From the human T2T-CHM13v2.0 reference genome, Homo sapiens, in NCBI RefSeq assembly GCF_009914755.1, contig NC_060929.1: a DNA stretch of 64,000 nucleotides. One strand, given 5' to 3'. The notes below the pieces were generated by a model. The model was not told the DNA's origin. It saw only the letters and a list, made by a program, of their open reading frames with translations, and made no database searches. Each line of letters begins with the position of its first letter. Position 1 is the first letter of the stretch. A program made the position numbers and the translations under genes. This document shows, in pieces, positions 19,901-37,140 of the stretch.

Positions 19901-19940
19901 ATACCATTGTTTTTTGTCAAGTATTTATAAAAAAACTTGT
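16940..19940 (+). mobile_element. L1MA ORF2 and 3' UTR with a nested younger L1PA 3' fragment (~17253-17800)
   Basis: Degenerate RT and C-terminal ORF2; the nested fragment translates to near-consensus [31 protein letters not shown] and ends in a (TA)n tail. Confidence 0.85.
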
Positions 19941-21204
19941 CATGTTAAAAAAGGCACATGCATACCTTCAAACTAGAAAAATTCTACTTATTGTTTCTGG
20001 CTTAGAAAAATAATCATAGATGTATGTAAAGATTCATATGTAATAATGTTCATCTTAATATTTTTATACACAATGAAAAGTTGAATATAAGCTAAATGTT
20101 TAATTGTAGCTACTAAAAATTAGGTTTTAGAAGAATATTCAATGATATACAAAATAAACATTACATTAAAAAGAAAAAAGAATTGAAAGTAAAGTGATGG
20201 AAACATTAACAATTAAAAATTAATCAAGTGAAAACTTTTATAGCTATAATAATACTAAATTGGTCTTTGAGGAAGCACTACTAGTAATGAATAAATTACT
20301 TTAATAAAATTATCAATTAAAAGTAATGGCCAGAAATTCTAATTTTATGTAAAATTAATTTCATGGCTTCAAATGTATATATAATGGGATAAGATGACAG
20401 AAGTATAATTAAAAAACAAATGAAATCCAGGTACATAGTTGGAAATCTTAACACAATTCTCTCAACAATAAATAGAAGATAGAAGAGTTAAAAACATTTA
20501 TATATTTATTCATGAACAACATGAATAATGGACTTAAGAAACTCATATGTAATGATAATTGAATTTAAGTAACATATATAACACTACACTCTCAGCCTAA
20601 AAAACACATATTTCTTTCAAGTTTACATGCAACAGATATCTGAAAAGACCATAAACTGGGCCATTATAATGATATTGGGAAAAAAGCTTCTAAGTTTGGA
20701 AATTATGCAATATACTGCAAAATAATGCCAAAGAAAATTACGATGAATATTTAAAAATAGTTCATATTTAATGATGATTAAAATATAATATGTTAAATTT
20801 GTGGAATGCAGCTAAAGGTGTGCTCAGTAGAAATGTGAAGCTCTAAATACATTTGAAAGGAAAAAAAATTACATAAAAAGTCAGAACCAAATTTATCAGA
20901 ACTCTGGAAAATGGTCAAAGTTGAGTAACAGCCAAGCAAATGCTGAATGGAGCAAAAGACAGCATAAAAGGTAGAAATTAGTAAGCATTCCTCAAAAACA
21001 TTGTAATACAACCAAACAATCCACATTCACTTGGTGCAAAATATCAGAACTGAATAAAGTAATAAATACTCAAAAGCATAAAAGGAAAAGCAGGGAACAG
21101 AGTTTCTTTAGAAAATTGGGGCACTCAAAAGCACCTATGTGTACTAGGAATTTAGAAAGTCAAGTGCATGCCCAGGGCAGGACATACATTTAGAAAAACA
21201 CTGA

Positions 21205-21965
21205 GGAAAAACAGTACAGAAGTTTCCCAAAAAATTAAAAAATAAAACGATTATGTAATCCAGCAATCCCACTACTTGGTATACATCCAAAGGAAATGAA
21301 ATCAGTATGTCAAAGAAATACATGTACTCTCATGTTTACTGCAGCATTATTTACAATAATTAAGACATGGAAGCAACCTAAGTGTCCATAAAGGGGTGAA
21401 TGGATATTTTTAAAAATGCGTCCTGTATATACAATGAAATACTATCCAGCCTTAATAAAGAAGGAAATCCTGTCATTTGTGACACCATGGATAAGCCTGG
21501 AGGGCATTATGTTAAGTGAAATAAGCCAGGCACAAAAAGACACATACCGCATGATCTTATTTATATGTAGAATCTAAAAAAGTTGATCTCGTGGAAGAAG
21601 AGAGCAGAATGGTGGTTTCCTGGGACTCAGTAGTGGGGTGAGAGTTGGGGAGATGTTGGTCAAAGGCTATAAAATTTCAGCTGGGTAAGAAGAATAAGTT
21701 CAAGATATCTGTTGTACAACATCATGACTATAGTTAATACCAATGCATTTTTTTCCTTGAAAATTCCTAACGGTAGATTTTGTGGTCTTACCACATACAA
21801 AAATGATAAATATGTGAGGTAATATGTATGTTGATTACATTACCATTCCACAGTGTATACATATCTAAAAACATGTTGTACAAAATAAATATATACAATT
21901 TTACTTGTCTATGTAAATAAATTAAATAAAGAAAGAAAATAAAATGTATATAATAAAAGAAAATA
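21205..21965 (+). mobile_element. L1MA 3' end
   Basis: ORF2 C-terminal and 3' UTR similarity with an A-rich tail. Confidence 0.75.
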
Positions 21966-22124
21966 AGAAGAAAGAACAAACCTGAGAAGACCCTCAACTT
22001 TCACCTCTGGCTAACAGCTGGGTCAGTGCAAGCTCTAAGAGAAGGCTAAGGCAGAATTATAAACAGCCTGTTAAGCATTGAAGGAGTGTTCCAGAACTAT
22101 GCTAATCTGCAATGATTGAGAGAG

Positions 22125-22155
<31 letters not shown>

Positions 22156-22220
22156 TGTGGTCTTTTATTTCTTCATTTATTTTTGGGAAGGGACTTGAAA
22201 TGGTACACTAAAAAAATAAA

Positions 22221-24785
<2,565 letters not shown>

Positions 24786-24789
24786 ATGG

Positions 24790-26010
24790 ACTAAACATAA
24801 AAAGAAGGTAGTAATGGAGGAAATGAGAGGGGTAAAGTATAATATAGAAAGAAAAAGTAAAATGGCAAAAATAAGTTCTTCCTTACCAATGATTACTAAA
24901 TGTAAGTGAATTTAACTCCCCAGTCAAAAAGCAGAGACTCCTATAGAGTCATTTCAGATCTAAAGATACACATAGGCTGAGAGTGAAAGAATGGAAAAAC
25001 ATATTTCATACAAATAATAATGAAAAGAGATCAAGGCAGAAATTTCCCCAATAATAGTTGGATAATTCAATATTCCACTTTCAATAATGGATAAAGCATT
25101 CATACAGGAGATCAGTAAGGACCCAGAGACATTGAGCAACACTAAAAACTAAATAGACCTAACAATATAGAACAATACACTCAACCAGAGCAGATTATAT
25201 ATATATTTTCTCAAGAGCACACGGCATATTCTCCAGGATGTTAGGCCACAAAATAGGTCTCAGTGAATTTAAAAATGTTGAAATCACGCAAAGCATCTTT
25301 TCTGACTACAAAAAAAAAAACCAAACTAAACAAAACTACAAATCAATAAGAGACGAGGAACTGGAAGATTTACAAATCTGTGGAATTCAACAGCACACTG
25401 TTACACATCCAGCAGGTCAAAGGAGAAATCACAATGGAAATTATAAAATACTTAGAGAGGAGTGAGAATAAAAGTACAACATACCAAAACTAATGTGATG
25501 TAGGGAAAGGAGTGCTCAAAGGGAAGTTTACAGGTGTGGACACCTACATTAAAAAGAGGAAAAATCTCAAATTAACATAACTTTACACCTTGAAGAACTA
25601 GGGGAAAAGGGCAAATGAAACTCAAAGCTAGTGGAAGGAAACAATAAAGATGAGAGTAGAGTTCAATGAAATTGAGATAGATAAACAATAGAGAGAATCA
25701 ATAAAAACATCAGTTGATTCTTTGAAAAGATTAACAAAATTGACAAACCTTTAGTTAGACCAGCAAAGAAAACCAGAGAAAACACAAATAACTAAATCCA
25801 GAAATGAAAGTGAGGACATTACTTACCAACCTTACAGAAATAAAAAAGATTATCAGAGAGAATAATGAAAAATTATTCACCAGAAAATTAAATAACCAAA
25901 GGCAATGGACAAATTACTACATACGCAAATGACCAAAACTGACTTAAGCAGAAAAATTGAACAAACCTATAAATGCTAAATGAATTGAATAAATAATCAT
26001 GAAACTCTCT
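24790..26010 (+). mobile_element. Old L1M ORF2 5' fragments
   Basis: Degenerate [25 protein letters not shown] region. Confidence 0.7.
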
Positions 26011-27269
26011 GTACAGGGTGACATCAGCAAGACTTTTCCAGCTGCTGCTTGAGGGTCTGACACCAGGGAGTTCTAATTTCTGGAGGGATCCAAAAAACAG
26101 GAGTAGGAATTTGCATTTTTTATTCTCTATGCCCTTTTGGGGCACCTCCCTTTATCTGCTTGGCTGGGAAACCATGGTTTTTCCCTTGCTGAGGAGACCC
26201 ACTCATAAGGCAAAGGGCTGTATGGGCCTCTTATCATGAACATATAAATGAACAAATTGTGTGTGTATGTGTGTATGTTGTGCATGTGTTTGAACAATTA
26301 TTAAATTCAGCACACAGTGTCTGCCCTGAACCAGCACATTACACCAGGGAGTAGATACTCCAGGGACTCCCAAAACACCCACACTTTGGAAGCAGAATGG
26401 TCCAAAGTTGTAACCAAAGTTGATCATCCCGTGTGGGATGATCAACACTATGTTTGAAATGCTTGTTTTTTGGTGCTGTAAAGAAATAGCACTTGAACAT
26501 AAATTTAATTTTCTCAGCAAGGCCATTTTTATACTTTCTGCAGAAAGGGTACACTCGCCAGCAGTTTTGCCACAAGAGTACACTGAACAAAGGAGACAGG
26601 GTCATTTATAACTTGATGCGTCCACCTTACTGCTGTGTCTGGTTTCTATTGGCTGGAACAGGACTTCACATTCTGTATTTGTCTTGATTGGCTAGGAACT
26701 TAGAACTTTTTAAAAGGGGCAAAGGCAGAGGAGAACAAAGGAAGGAGGTAGTAACTTGTGGAATGCTGAGAAAGGTAAAAACACCTTCAAATAAGGAAGA
26801 GGAACAGGCAATGACCTAATGCTTGCTTGGACCAGTATAAGCATGCCAGGGCAAATATTTAGGCTAAATTGTGGGAGCTAAGAACATAAAGTACATTGAT
26901 TTCTTTATTACGGCTAACAGATATTTAAGGATGTTAGCACAGGTCTTTGAATAAATTTTCCTTCTAAGAGAAGTTACTATTTATTCCTAATTAGATGAGG
27001 AGGAAAGTCTTTGAAGAGGAACCTCTACTTTACTTTTCACAATTCCTTCTCTTTTTATTTCATAATTCCTCTTCAAACTTGTTTAATATGTTTTGACTTA
27101 ATTGCTTTATTTGTCTTTCTAAGAGAAGTAATTTTTCTGAATAGGGTGGAGGAGAGTTAGGAGTTAACTCTGTAAGAGTGGCAGAGACAAATTTTTGTAT
27201 AAAACTTTGAAAGCAGGGAATAATAGCCTACAAGAATAAGCACACTAATAACAAAAGCTAACAAGGTGA

Positions 27270-27651
<382 letters not shown>

Positions 27652-27699
27652 GTTTTAATATTTTAGAAAAAGGATTATTTATTTTTGAATTTTTGGCAA

Positions 27700-28360
27700 G
27701 TTTATTGGATAGGGCTGTTAATCCTTGTAGCGCTTTTGTTATAGTTCCATCAGGGCAGTATTATTAGGAACAAAGGTACAATATTGAGTTTTAATTATGA
27801 CACAAACATCTCCTTTTTCTGCTAATATTATATTTAAAGCTATTTTATTTTTCTAGGCCATCTGGCTTAGCTTAGATATCTCTTTGATGTTTAGCAATCT
27901 CTTTGATGACGTCCTCAGTGTAATGTATGAATTGTTGCTGATTGTAGTAGATATAGTTTATTTAGTCTACATTTTTTTTTATTTAAAGTTACTTACCAGA
28001 AATACGTGGATTCAAATTGTGCAGCTGTTTGATTTTGTGCTTTAAACTTATTTGGCACTTCTCAAAGGACCTTAATAGCATTTATGTAAAACTGAGGATT
28101 AAAGGATTCATAAGGAGTTTCTCTTGGCCTGTGGTGCTTTGTTTTTACTTTTTTAGATTGATGAAATGCCAGGGTGAAGGGGATAGCCAATTGGATTAGA
28201 GCACAAGTACTGCTCCAATTATTTGGCAGAGTGTCCAGTAAAGGTGCTTCACAGTACCACCATACATTTGCTTGGGGATGGCTAAGCATGGACTGATGGG
28301 CAAGCTCTTGGAAAGGCTCGAGCTCCTCGCATCTTTGTGTGCTTCCAAAGAACACCAAAT
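27700..28360 (-). pseudogene. ERV env remnant (SU C-terminus and TM with immunosuppressive domain)
   Basis: Minus-strand translation WWYCEAPLLDTLPNNWSSTCALIQLAIPFTL ... INYIYYNQQQF ... QMA*KNKIALNIILAEKGDVCVIIKTQYCTFVPNNTA. Confidence 0.9.
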
Positions 28361-29339
28361 TTTCCTCTTGCCATGAGATGCATAAAGTAAACTTGGCATT
28401 TAGAGGTGGAAGCTGGATTGCCTTCAGGGGCTTACCAGCAGAGTGTTGAATTTCAGGAAATAGCAGAGAGAGCTTGGCATGATGGATTATCCTAAGTAAT
28501 TGGATTCTGAAAAAGAGCCACCATACAGTCCGTATCTGGTCGATGAGGAGACCATCTGAGTGGAAAGAGGATAATCTGGGCCTCTGGCCTACCGTGCATA
28601 CAAGTTTAATAATCGCTTTTATTTAAAGTGTGAACGGAATATTTAATCCACTCCAGCTACGCATTTGCATCTTGATATTTTGTCTTGATGGCTAAGTTCT
28701 GTCTGTCTTAGATCTCTTATTTTTACAATAGACACTCTAGTTTTATTAGATGTAGGAGCGACCAGTGTGGGATCTAGAACTGAGGCTACTGAAGAAGGGG
28801 AAGATGGGGGTAATAATGCCCGTTTTGTAGAGTTAGTTAAGGTGGAGGTAGTGACAGAGAGAAGGACAGGGTTACATTGATAAGGCTAGCAGTTAGAAGG
28901 GGTAGTCTTTTTAGTGAAATAGATGAAGGGTTTTAGATCTGCACAAACCTTTTTCGTGGAAGTCTAACTTTGCTCCTGAGTAGTTTAAAGGACGTAGTCC
29001 TATTTACTACAAGGTTACCAGGCTGTAGGAGCAGAAAATCAGTGTCTTGGCTGCAGGTGATCACAACGATGAGTGCTAGGGGTAACTGTGTCAATTAGAG
29101 GGCCAGGATATAAATATTTGTGTGAAAAGGCTAACTGTCGTTGATCTTTTACATTTCCACAAGGTATGATAGAGCAAGCATTAAAGGCAATGGTCTGAGG
29201 CAGACTTAGTTACATTAATAACAAAGGAGCTAGTAACAGAATAAGGAAAGAAAAGGAAGCAATATAGAATGTATATGAAAATTAAGCTTTCTTTAACTTA
29301 GTAGGGCTTGATCTTAGTACAGTAACCTAAGATGTTTTC

Positions 29340-29570
29340 TTGACTCGAGTATGGTGGGTCCATTCTTTCTTGGCTGTGCGGATGGCAGTCTCAGTGGTTA
29401 ACAGCATAAAATAGGGTCCTTCCTAGGCTGGCGTGAATTTTTTTTCTATCTTTTGATGAGGATGTGATTTTTAGGCTGGTGCTGGTGCACTGGAAATTCT
29501 AGGGGTGGCACCTGTGCTAAAAGACTTTTAGTTCTGAGGGAAGGGAAAGTGGAAGATAAATTAAGCATAT
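29340..29570 (-). pseudogene. ERV integrase C-terminal remnant (GPY/F motif)
   Basis: Minus-strand translation LLAQVPPLEFPVHQHQPKNHILIKR* ... PA*EGPYFMLLTTETAIRTAKKEWTHHTRVK. Confidence 0.85.
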
Positions 29571-31133
29571 CATTTCTATTGCATATCTTGGGGCTTGAGG
29601 CCTCATGGTGATGCCTCCCACTCCATTCCTTCTCAGCGCCGCCCAGGGTACGTGGCGGCCTTGATCCCTCTTAAGGTCTTGGCCATCTTGTGGCCTTCAC
29701 CGCCCCTGCGCGTTGTGGCCTTGGGGATGAGGGGCCTTGTGACTTACCTGGCCACCTTCAGGCCTTAAGAAAGCTAAACACCATTTTATATTTGACAATG
29801 CTTTTTGTATGATTTTATACGAGATAAGTTAAATTTTACCTTCATATTAATGTGCTATTAATGTTAAACTTAATTTTAATAAAATCTTGTAGACATTATT
29901 TATCCAATTTTAATGTCTGACTATAAGGTAAGATTTTTATAGACTCTTTTTAACCTTTTATAATTTTTGTTAAAGAGCAGGTTAGTGCTTTAAGAAAAAT
30001 CTATTGTGCTTTTATTTTAACGTTCAGTTCACAGAAAAACTGGATGATACCTCTTTAACTTTAGCCAATATGTTTACACACAGAATTTCCTTTACAATTA
30101 ACATTTTAAAACTTGCTTAAACCTTTAAAACAAGTTTTTTAACCTTTTAATATAGGTAAAAATCCATATTCTTATGCCTCCTTATAATCCTGTTATTAAA
30201 AGTATATTTTATTTTTCTTACATACTTTGTACATAAACTGTTTTTAAAATAGTTTTACATTCAGAAGGCCTAATTACTTTTAAATTATACAATATTTCTT
30301 GCATAAATTCCTTTTTATAACTTTCCTTATGACTTTCACAGACAATCTTCAACATGTCTTAACTTTCTGCCTTCCTTTTACACTATTTCTTTTCTTAGTT
30401 TCACCTTCTGGGTCTTTCTTTGATTTCTGTCTCTTCCAGTTTCTCTCTTACTCTTTTATTCTATTTCTCTCTCTCTCATTTGCACTCTTATTTTCCTCTC
30501 TCTCATTTGCATTCTATTTTTCTTTCTCTGTCTGTCATCCTCTGTTTCTTTTTTCCTTTCTGAGTTTTCCTGGTCTTGCAGCTGGTGGGGCTGGGCAAAG
30601 GCATGGGCCTCGCCCCCAAGTATGCGCTGCCATCTATTTCTCCTGTTTTTATTTTTTTCTGATTTCATTTTTTACTTTTTTTTTCCCTTTCTTCCTACAC
30701 TTAGTTTCTCAGGCTGGGTGGGATTTGCACGGCTGCAGTCCTGGCCCTGGGCCTTCACCGGCCTTGAGGCTTGGCAGATGCCTGCCGCAACTTGCAAGAA
30801 TTGTACCTTTTCACCTCTTCTGCTGTCCTCCTGGCACTGGTCCTCACCCTCTTTTTCACACAGAGCTGGGCTGGGGAGAGGGACTTAACTTTAGGTTAGT
30901 TAAGTTAAGGTGCCTGGCTGTCTGGCACCATGCTTGCTGTTTTTGCTCTCTTTCTCTCTGAATTTCCTCTCCTAATTTCTTTTTCCTCTCTGCTGGTCTT
31001 TCCTTTGCCTCTGCCAGCCACCTATGCTGCTGTTTTCCTCCCTCTCCTTCCTCTTCCTCTAGGGGAGCCACCGGGGAGAGGAGCTTAGCCTTTTTCTTTC
31101 CTCGGGAAGAGGGGGAAGGGGAGTTTTGAAAAA

Positions 31134-31177
<44 letters not shown>

Positions 31178-31198
31178 TTTTACTACCAGAGGTTTGTG

Positions 31199-31323
31199 TG
31201 AGGTTCAACCCCCTCTCAATGGGGATTTCTCACCTCTTTTTGAGGTTCAAGCCCCCCTCAATGGGGATTTCTCACCTCTTTTTGAGGTTCAACTTCTACA
31301 GTGGGGATTTCTCACCTCTTTTT
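31199..31323. repeat. Three 42-bp tandem repeats in the proviral leader
   Basis: Unit TGAGGTTCAA...TGGGGATTTCTCACCTCTTTT starting at 31199, 31241 and 31283. Confidence 0.9.
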
Positions 31324-34300
31324 TGACCTCCAAGACATCCTGACTAAGGAATACTTCACTGCCCCCTGTCGCTTTCTTTCCTTAGTCCTGCCCAAGGAAT
31401 GCTTTATCGCCCCTGCAGTTTCTCCCTCCTTGGTATGTCCTAACCAAGGAATGCTTTACCACCCTGCAGCTTTTTTTTTAGTCTTGACTACCAAGGAAAT
31501 AGTTTACTGGCTCTCCTGGTGTTTCTTTCCTTGGTCTGTGCACACAGTTTCCTGGTTTAGGTGATATATGAGGATCTTTTACTCCAGGTCACCGGCCAGT
31601 GTTTTTTCTTTTTTTGCATTGCTGAGAGTCCGGGTTTATTTGTCACAGTGGGTGGGTCTCGAGTCCTTATCCCTGAGGCCACTGCAATGAGGCAGAGGAG
31701 CATGCTCCTTCATGAGAGAGGACTGGAGACCATCCCCAGAGGAGAATGTATCCCTGTACCAGCCACCAAATTGTTTGAAATGCTTGTTCTTCGGTGCCAT
31801 AAAGAAATAGCACCTGAACATAAATTTAATTTTCTCGGCAAGGCCATTTTTATACTTTCTGCAGAAATGTTACACTCGCCAGCAGTTTTGCCACAGGAGT
31901 ACACCGAACAAAGAAGACAAGGTCATTTATAACTTGATGTGTCCACCTTACTACTGTGTCTAGTTTCTATTGGTTGGAACAGGGCTTCACATTCTGTATT
32001 TGTCTTGATTGGCTAGCAATCTAGAACATTTTTAAAAGAGGAAAAGGCAGAGGAGAACAAAAGAAGGAGAAAGTAACTTGTGGAATGCTGATAAAGGTAA
32101 AAACACCTTCAAATAACGAAGAACAGGCTGTGACCTAATGCTTGCTTGGACCAGTATAAACATGCCAGGGCAAATATTTAGGCTAAATTGTAGGAGCTAA
32201 GAACATAAAGTACATTGATTTCTTTATTATGTCTAGCAGATATTTAAGAACGTTAGCACAGGTCTTTGAATAAATTTTGCTTCTAAGAGAAGTTACTATT
32301 TATTCCTAATTAGATGGGGTGGAAAGTCTTCGAAGAGGAACTTCTACTTTACTTTTCACAACTGTATGAACCGGTTACAGAAAAGAGAAATGTTCTTTAG
32401 AAAGTGACAATCCTTATGGAGAAAGTGGAAAAATCCTGAAATTTACTGCCACACATGCATACTTTCAGAAATTTGCATAATTGTAGAACTCTTCTTCCCA
32501 TTTGATCACCCCACCCCATCTTTTTGTTCTTTATTTACTATTATTTCAGAGGGATTCAGGAAAACAAGAGAGATAAATGCATGAATTCCACTCTACACTG
32601 TGCTATGGTGCCAAATTAAGTCCACTTAGTTGGTGAATTTAAATGGTTTAAAACAACAGTAAAGGGGAGGAGATGTGCTGTAGAAGAAACTGCTTCAGTA
32701 TCATGAAGTGATTGATAGAAATAGTAGATTACCATTCCAGAGACTGAAGATAAATTTCATGAACACTTCTAATGGATGACTTGGGTCTGGACCTAACAGA
32801 ATCATTGGAGTCCTTCCTAGAGATGACAGCAATCTTTGTTTCCTACAATTCTTGGTTCTTCCAAGATCCAGCAATAGGGTGTTGATGGTTTAAGACATAA
32901 AGACAATATAATTCTTACTTTCATCTCATTTAATCTTAGAGGCATTTGGCCAAGCTATTTTAGTTTAGGTTCTACAAAAGCAATGCCCCCAAAACAAGGA
33001 CTTGGCTACAGATAGATTATCCTGTGGGTGATCCTGCCTTATTTAACTGGGGCTCAATCCAACACGCATATGCCCCCAAATTGTCCAACTGGGACAATGT
33101 GGGCAGCTTGGACCTGGCTCCCAACCCACATTGGTAAAGGTACCCCCCAAATATTTCCTCCTCTCTACTTCTAGGCTGAACATGCACACTGGGCAAATGG
33201 GCTCTCTTGGATCTGAAGACTGCTCTACAGCAGAAAAGCAGAGAGACATGTTGGGAGGACACCTAATTCAAGTTAATAGAGTTGGCTGGCCAGTTTACAG
33301 ACTCTCTCTCTTTCCCTCCCTTGTCAACTTAAGAATTTGGGCAATTGATTCAAAATTCTTGCAAAGGCAGATTTGGGTAACTAGGGTCTATTGCCAGGCT
33401 CTATTGATAACAGAGTACATCCTCACTGAGCTTCCTCCTCTGGGTACCAGCAAGCTTCTGGTGTCAATGGTGGGGAGGTCATTATGTGCTCAGGTCCACA
33501 TCTCTGATGGATAAATATATTGAATATTACCCATGGATACCCAGCTAAAGTCAGCAGCATGAAGAGATGAAGAGTTCAAAAGAGGCAACGACTGAGAAGA
33601 GCTAGGATGAAAGAGAACCAGCCTACAACAGATGGGAAGTAACCCTTGTTCCTGGTCATTCCGTCCTCTGTGTCCCTTCTGTCAGGGACCTAGATACACA
33701 GCAGGCATGCCCCTGTACCCCTGCCCACTACCCAGTCTCTACGTGAGTTGGATAAGGAGTACTTTATTCTATAGTCTTGGATGAACATCAGCTAGAACAA
33801 TGGAATAATAATGAGAATTTAAATAACTAAATTCTTCAGGATTTCTTGAATGCCTACACATACATTATCTACTTCAACTTCATAAAGCCTGAATGAAATG
33901 AAAATAACTTTAAGATAATGAATCTCAGACACAATGGAGGAAAAGCTCCAGACACTGGCTGAGGAGGACCTAGGACCTCAGCCCATTTGCAGGACACTTT
34001 CCTCTTCTATCAGACACCCATGCTCCCCTCCATCTGCAGCCTCCCACACCCAGGGACTAACCATCAGAAAAACGCCTAGTATCTCTTCCCTCACTTGCGA
34101 ATTCCGCACTAAATGCATCTCTTCTTGCCACCTTTTACTTAACTGGCTGCACTTGACTCAGCCCCCTCTGCTCCTACTGTCTTTCCAAGAAAGTCACATC
34201 TGATGGATGTACATTTTTGGGGTTTTGGAAACCGTTGACTGTTGCCACAACAAGGAGGTAAGATGCGCTGGCAAAATCCTTTGGCACCTGCCTTGCTGTG

Positions 34301-36061
34301 GCTGAGTGGGGCTGGGCTGTAATGGCAAGAGATAGAGGGGCTCTCGTTATGGGTGAAATCTGCATGGGGCTCTTTGCATACTAGGGCACCAGAAGTTTTC
34401 TTAGTGTGGCACCCACCGCCCTGAGGGGTATCACTGATGATCAACATCCAAAGAACCTGAGGCCCAAAGCAGAGATAGTAGCTCCAAATCTCTCATTAGA
34501 TGGAAGACTGAGATTCCCATCTGATTTTTTTTCAAACCAGCCAGAGTATTTGGAACAGAAATGCCTAACTTGCCTGTTAAAAAGTAAGAGAGTGTTGATA
34601 TTTAAGCTCTGGCTGGAATTTAAGACTCTGGCTTTTTCTTGAAGGCTCCATATATGAAAAAGAAAAGTGAAATCAGATTATGCTTTTTCCTCTTCCCAAC
34701 AAAGCCAGTATTTCCAAGAGTGAAAGGCTGTCTGTCCAGTACTCAGGCTGCCCGGTGTGGATGGCTCAGTGAGAGAGGGGAGGGTGAGAAGCCATTGGGG
34801 CCAAAACTAGGGATCTCAGTGACTGAGAGGAGTGGACAAGTCTTCAGTCAGCAGAGTTGGATTTGGGATGACAGACCAGGATTTCTGGGGTCAGTGCAAA
34901 GGCCGGTGAGAGCCTCCTCCTTCCCTTCTCTGCTCAGCCCCTGGGGTCTTCTTCCTCCACAATGAGTACTGGTGAATCTGAACTCTTTTCTCTGCCTATG
35001 CTCCACTGAGGGAGACCAGGCCTTTGGGTCCTGGGGACAGAGTGAGATAGAATTAAGGAATCTGCTCTGGAATCACTGAAAGCGACTTGATGTCTTCACA
35101 TCACTGCCCCCTGCATCACAGCTCCAAAAGGGACACATTATAGTCCCCAAGAATTGGCTGGAATACTACACAGGTTTGTTAATTCTCTGGCCATGCTCAG
35201 GGAATATACTGTCTCCCGGTCACGCTCAGGTAATCAGAAGTCCAGACATTCTAATAAACAAGCCCTAGACCCTTGTTGAACTTAAATCTCCCTCGCCCCA
35301 GCTCAGTCCTACCTTGGAGTGAGAAATCAGCAGGAGGGACAAGAAAAGAGTCAGCTTCTGGTCTTTTCTTTCCCCTACCTCCTCTGCTATGAGCATCTGA
35401 TGTTTGGGACCCTTACAAGGTGTCTGTGTGGGAGTGGGGAGGGTGGTAAAGGGTAGAGAAGTGGGGAGAGGAGAGGCAGTGGTGAAAATCAGGACAAGTC
35501 TCGCTTGTGATATGGTTGCAATCTGGCTGTAATGGCCTCTGGGGGGTGGTGAATGTTACTGACTATCCTCTAGTATGAGGGACCATGAGGGACCCTCTCT
35601 AATATTCCTTTTGGGATCTTTGAGATAGGCAAAGCCCTAATCCGCAGATTTCCTCTCACCTCCTCGGTCTCTGCAACAGGTGAGCCCAGTATCTTTCAAC
35701 TGAGGTCCTGTTGACTGTGTTCTGCACACTGGGCTCTTCCCTCTAGCCCTTACTGTTGGCCTTTGGTGAAGGCACATCCACGTGCCCTTTCTGCCTCCTC
35801 AATCTGACAGTTGTCCTGTTCTGACCTGGGCAAGGAGTTGAGGGGGCAAAGCCAATCTCATAGCTGCATAAGTGGTTTTGCAACTTCTTAGTTCTGTAAA
35901 TCTCCAGAAAGCAGACATACTATCATCTTACTAGCCTCATAGCCACCTTGTGCTGGGGCATCTCTTCTCTTACTTTAAACACCCTGGGGGCTTATGGTCC
36001 CCATTTAAAACAAGGAAATGAGATTCTCTGAGAGGTGAAGCAGATAACCAAGGTCACTGCT

Positions 36062-37140
<1,079 letters not shown>

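Noticed and set aside
30299-30961. 220-aa hydrophobic ORF
   Set aside because: Low-complexity pyrimidine-rich antisense strand of the provirus with a TTG start.
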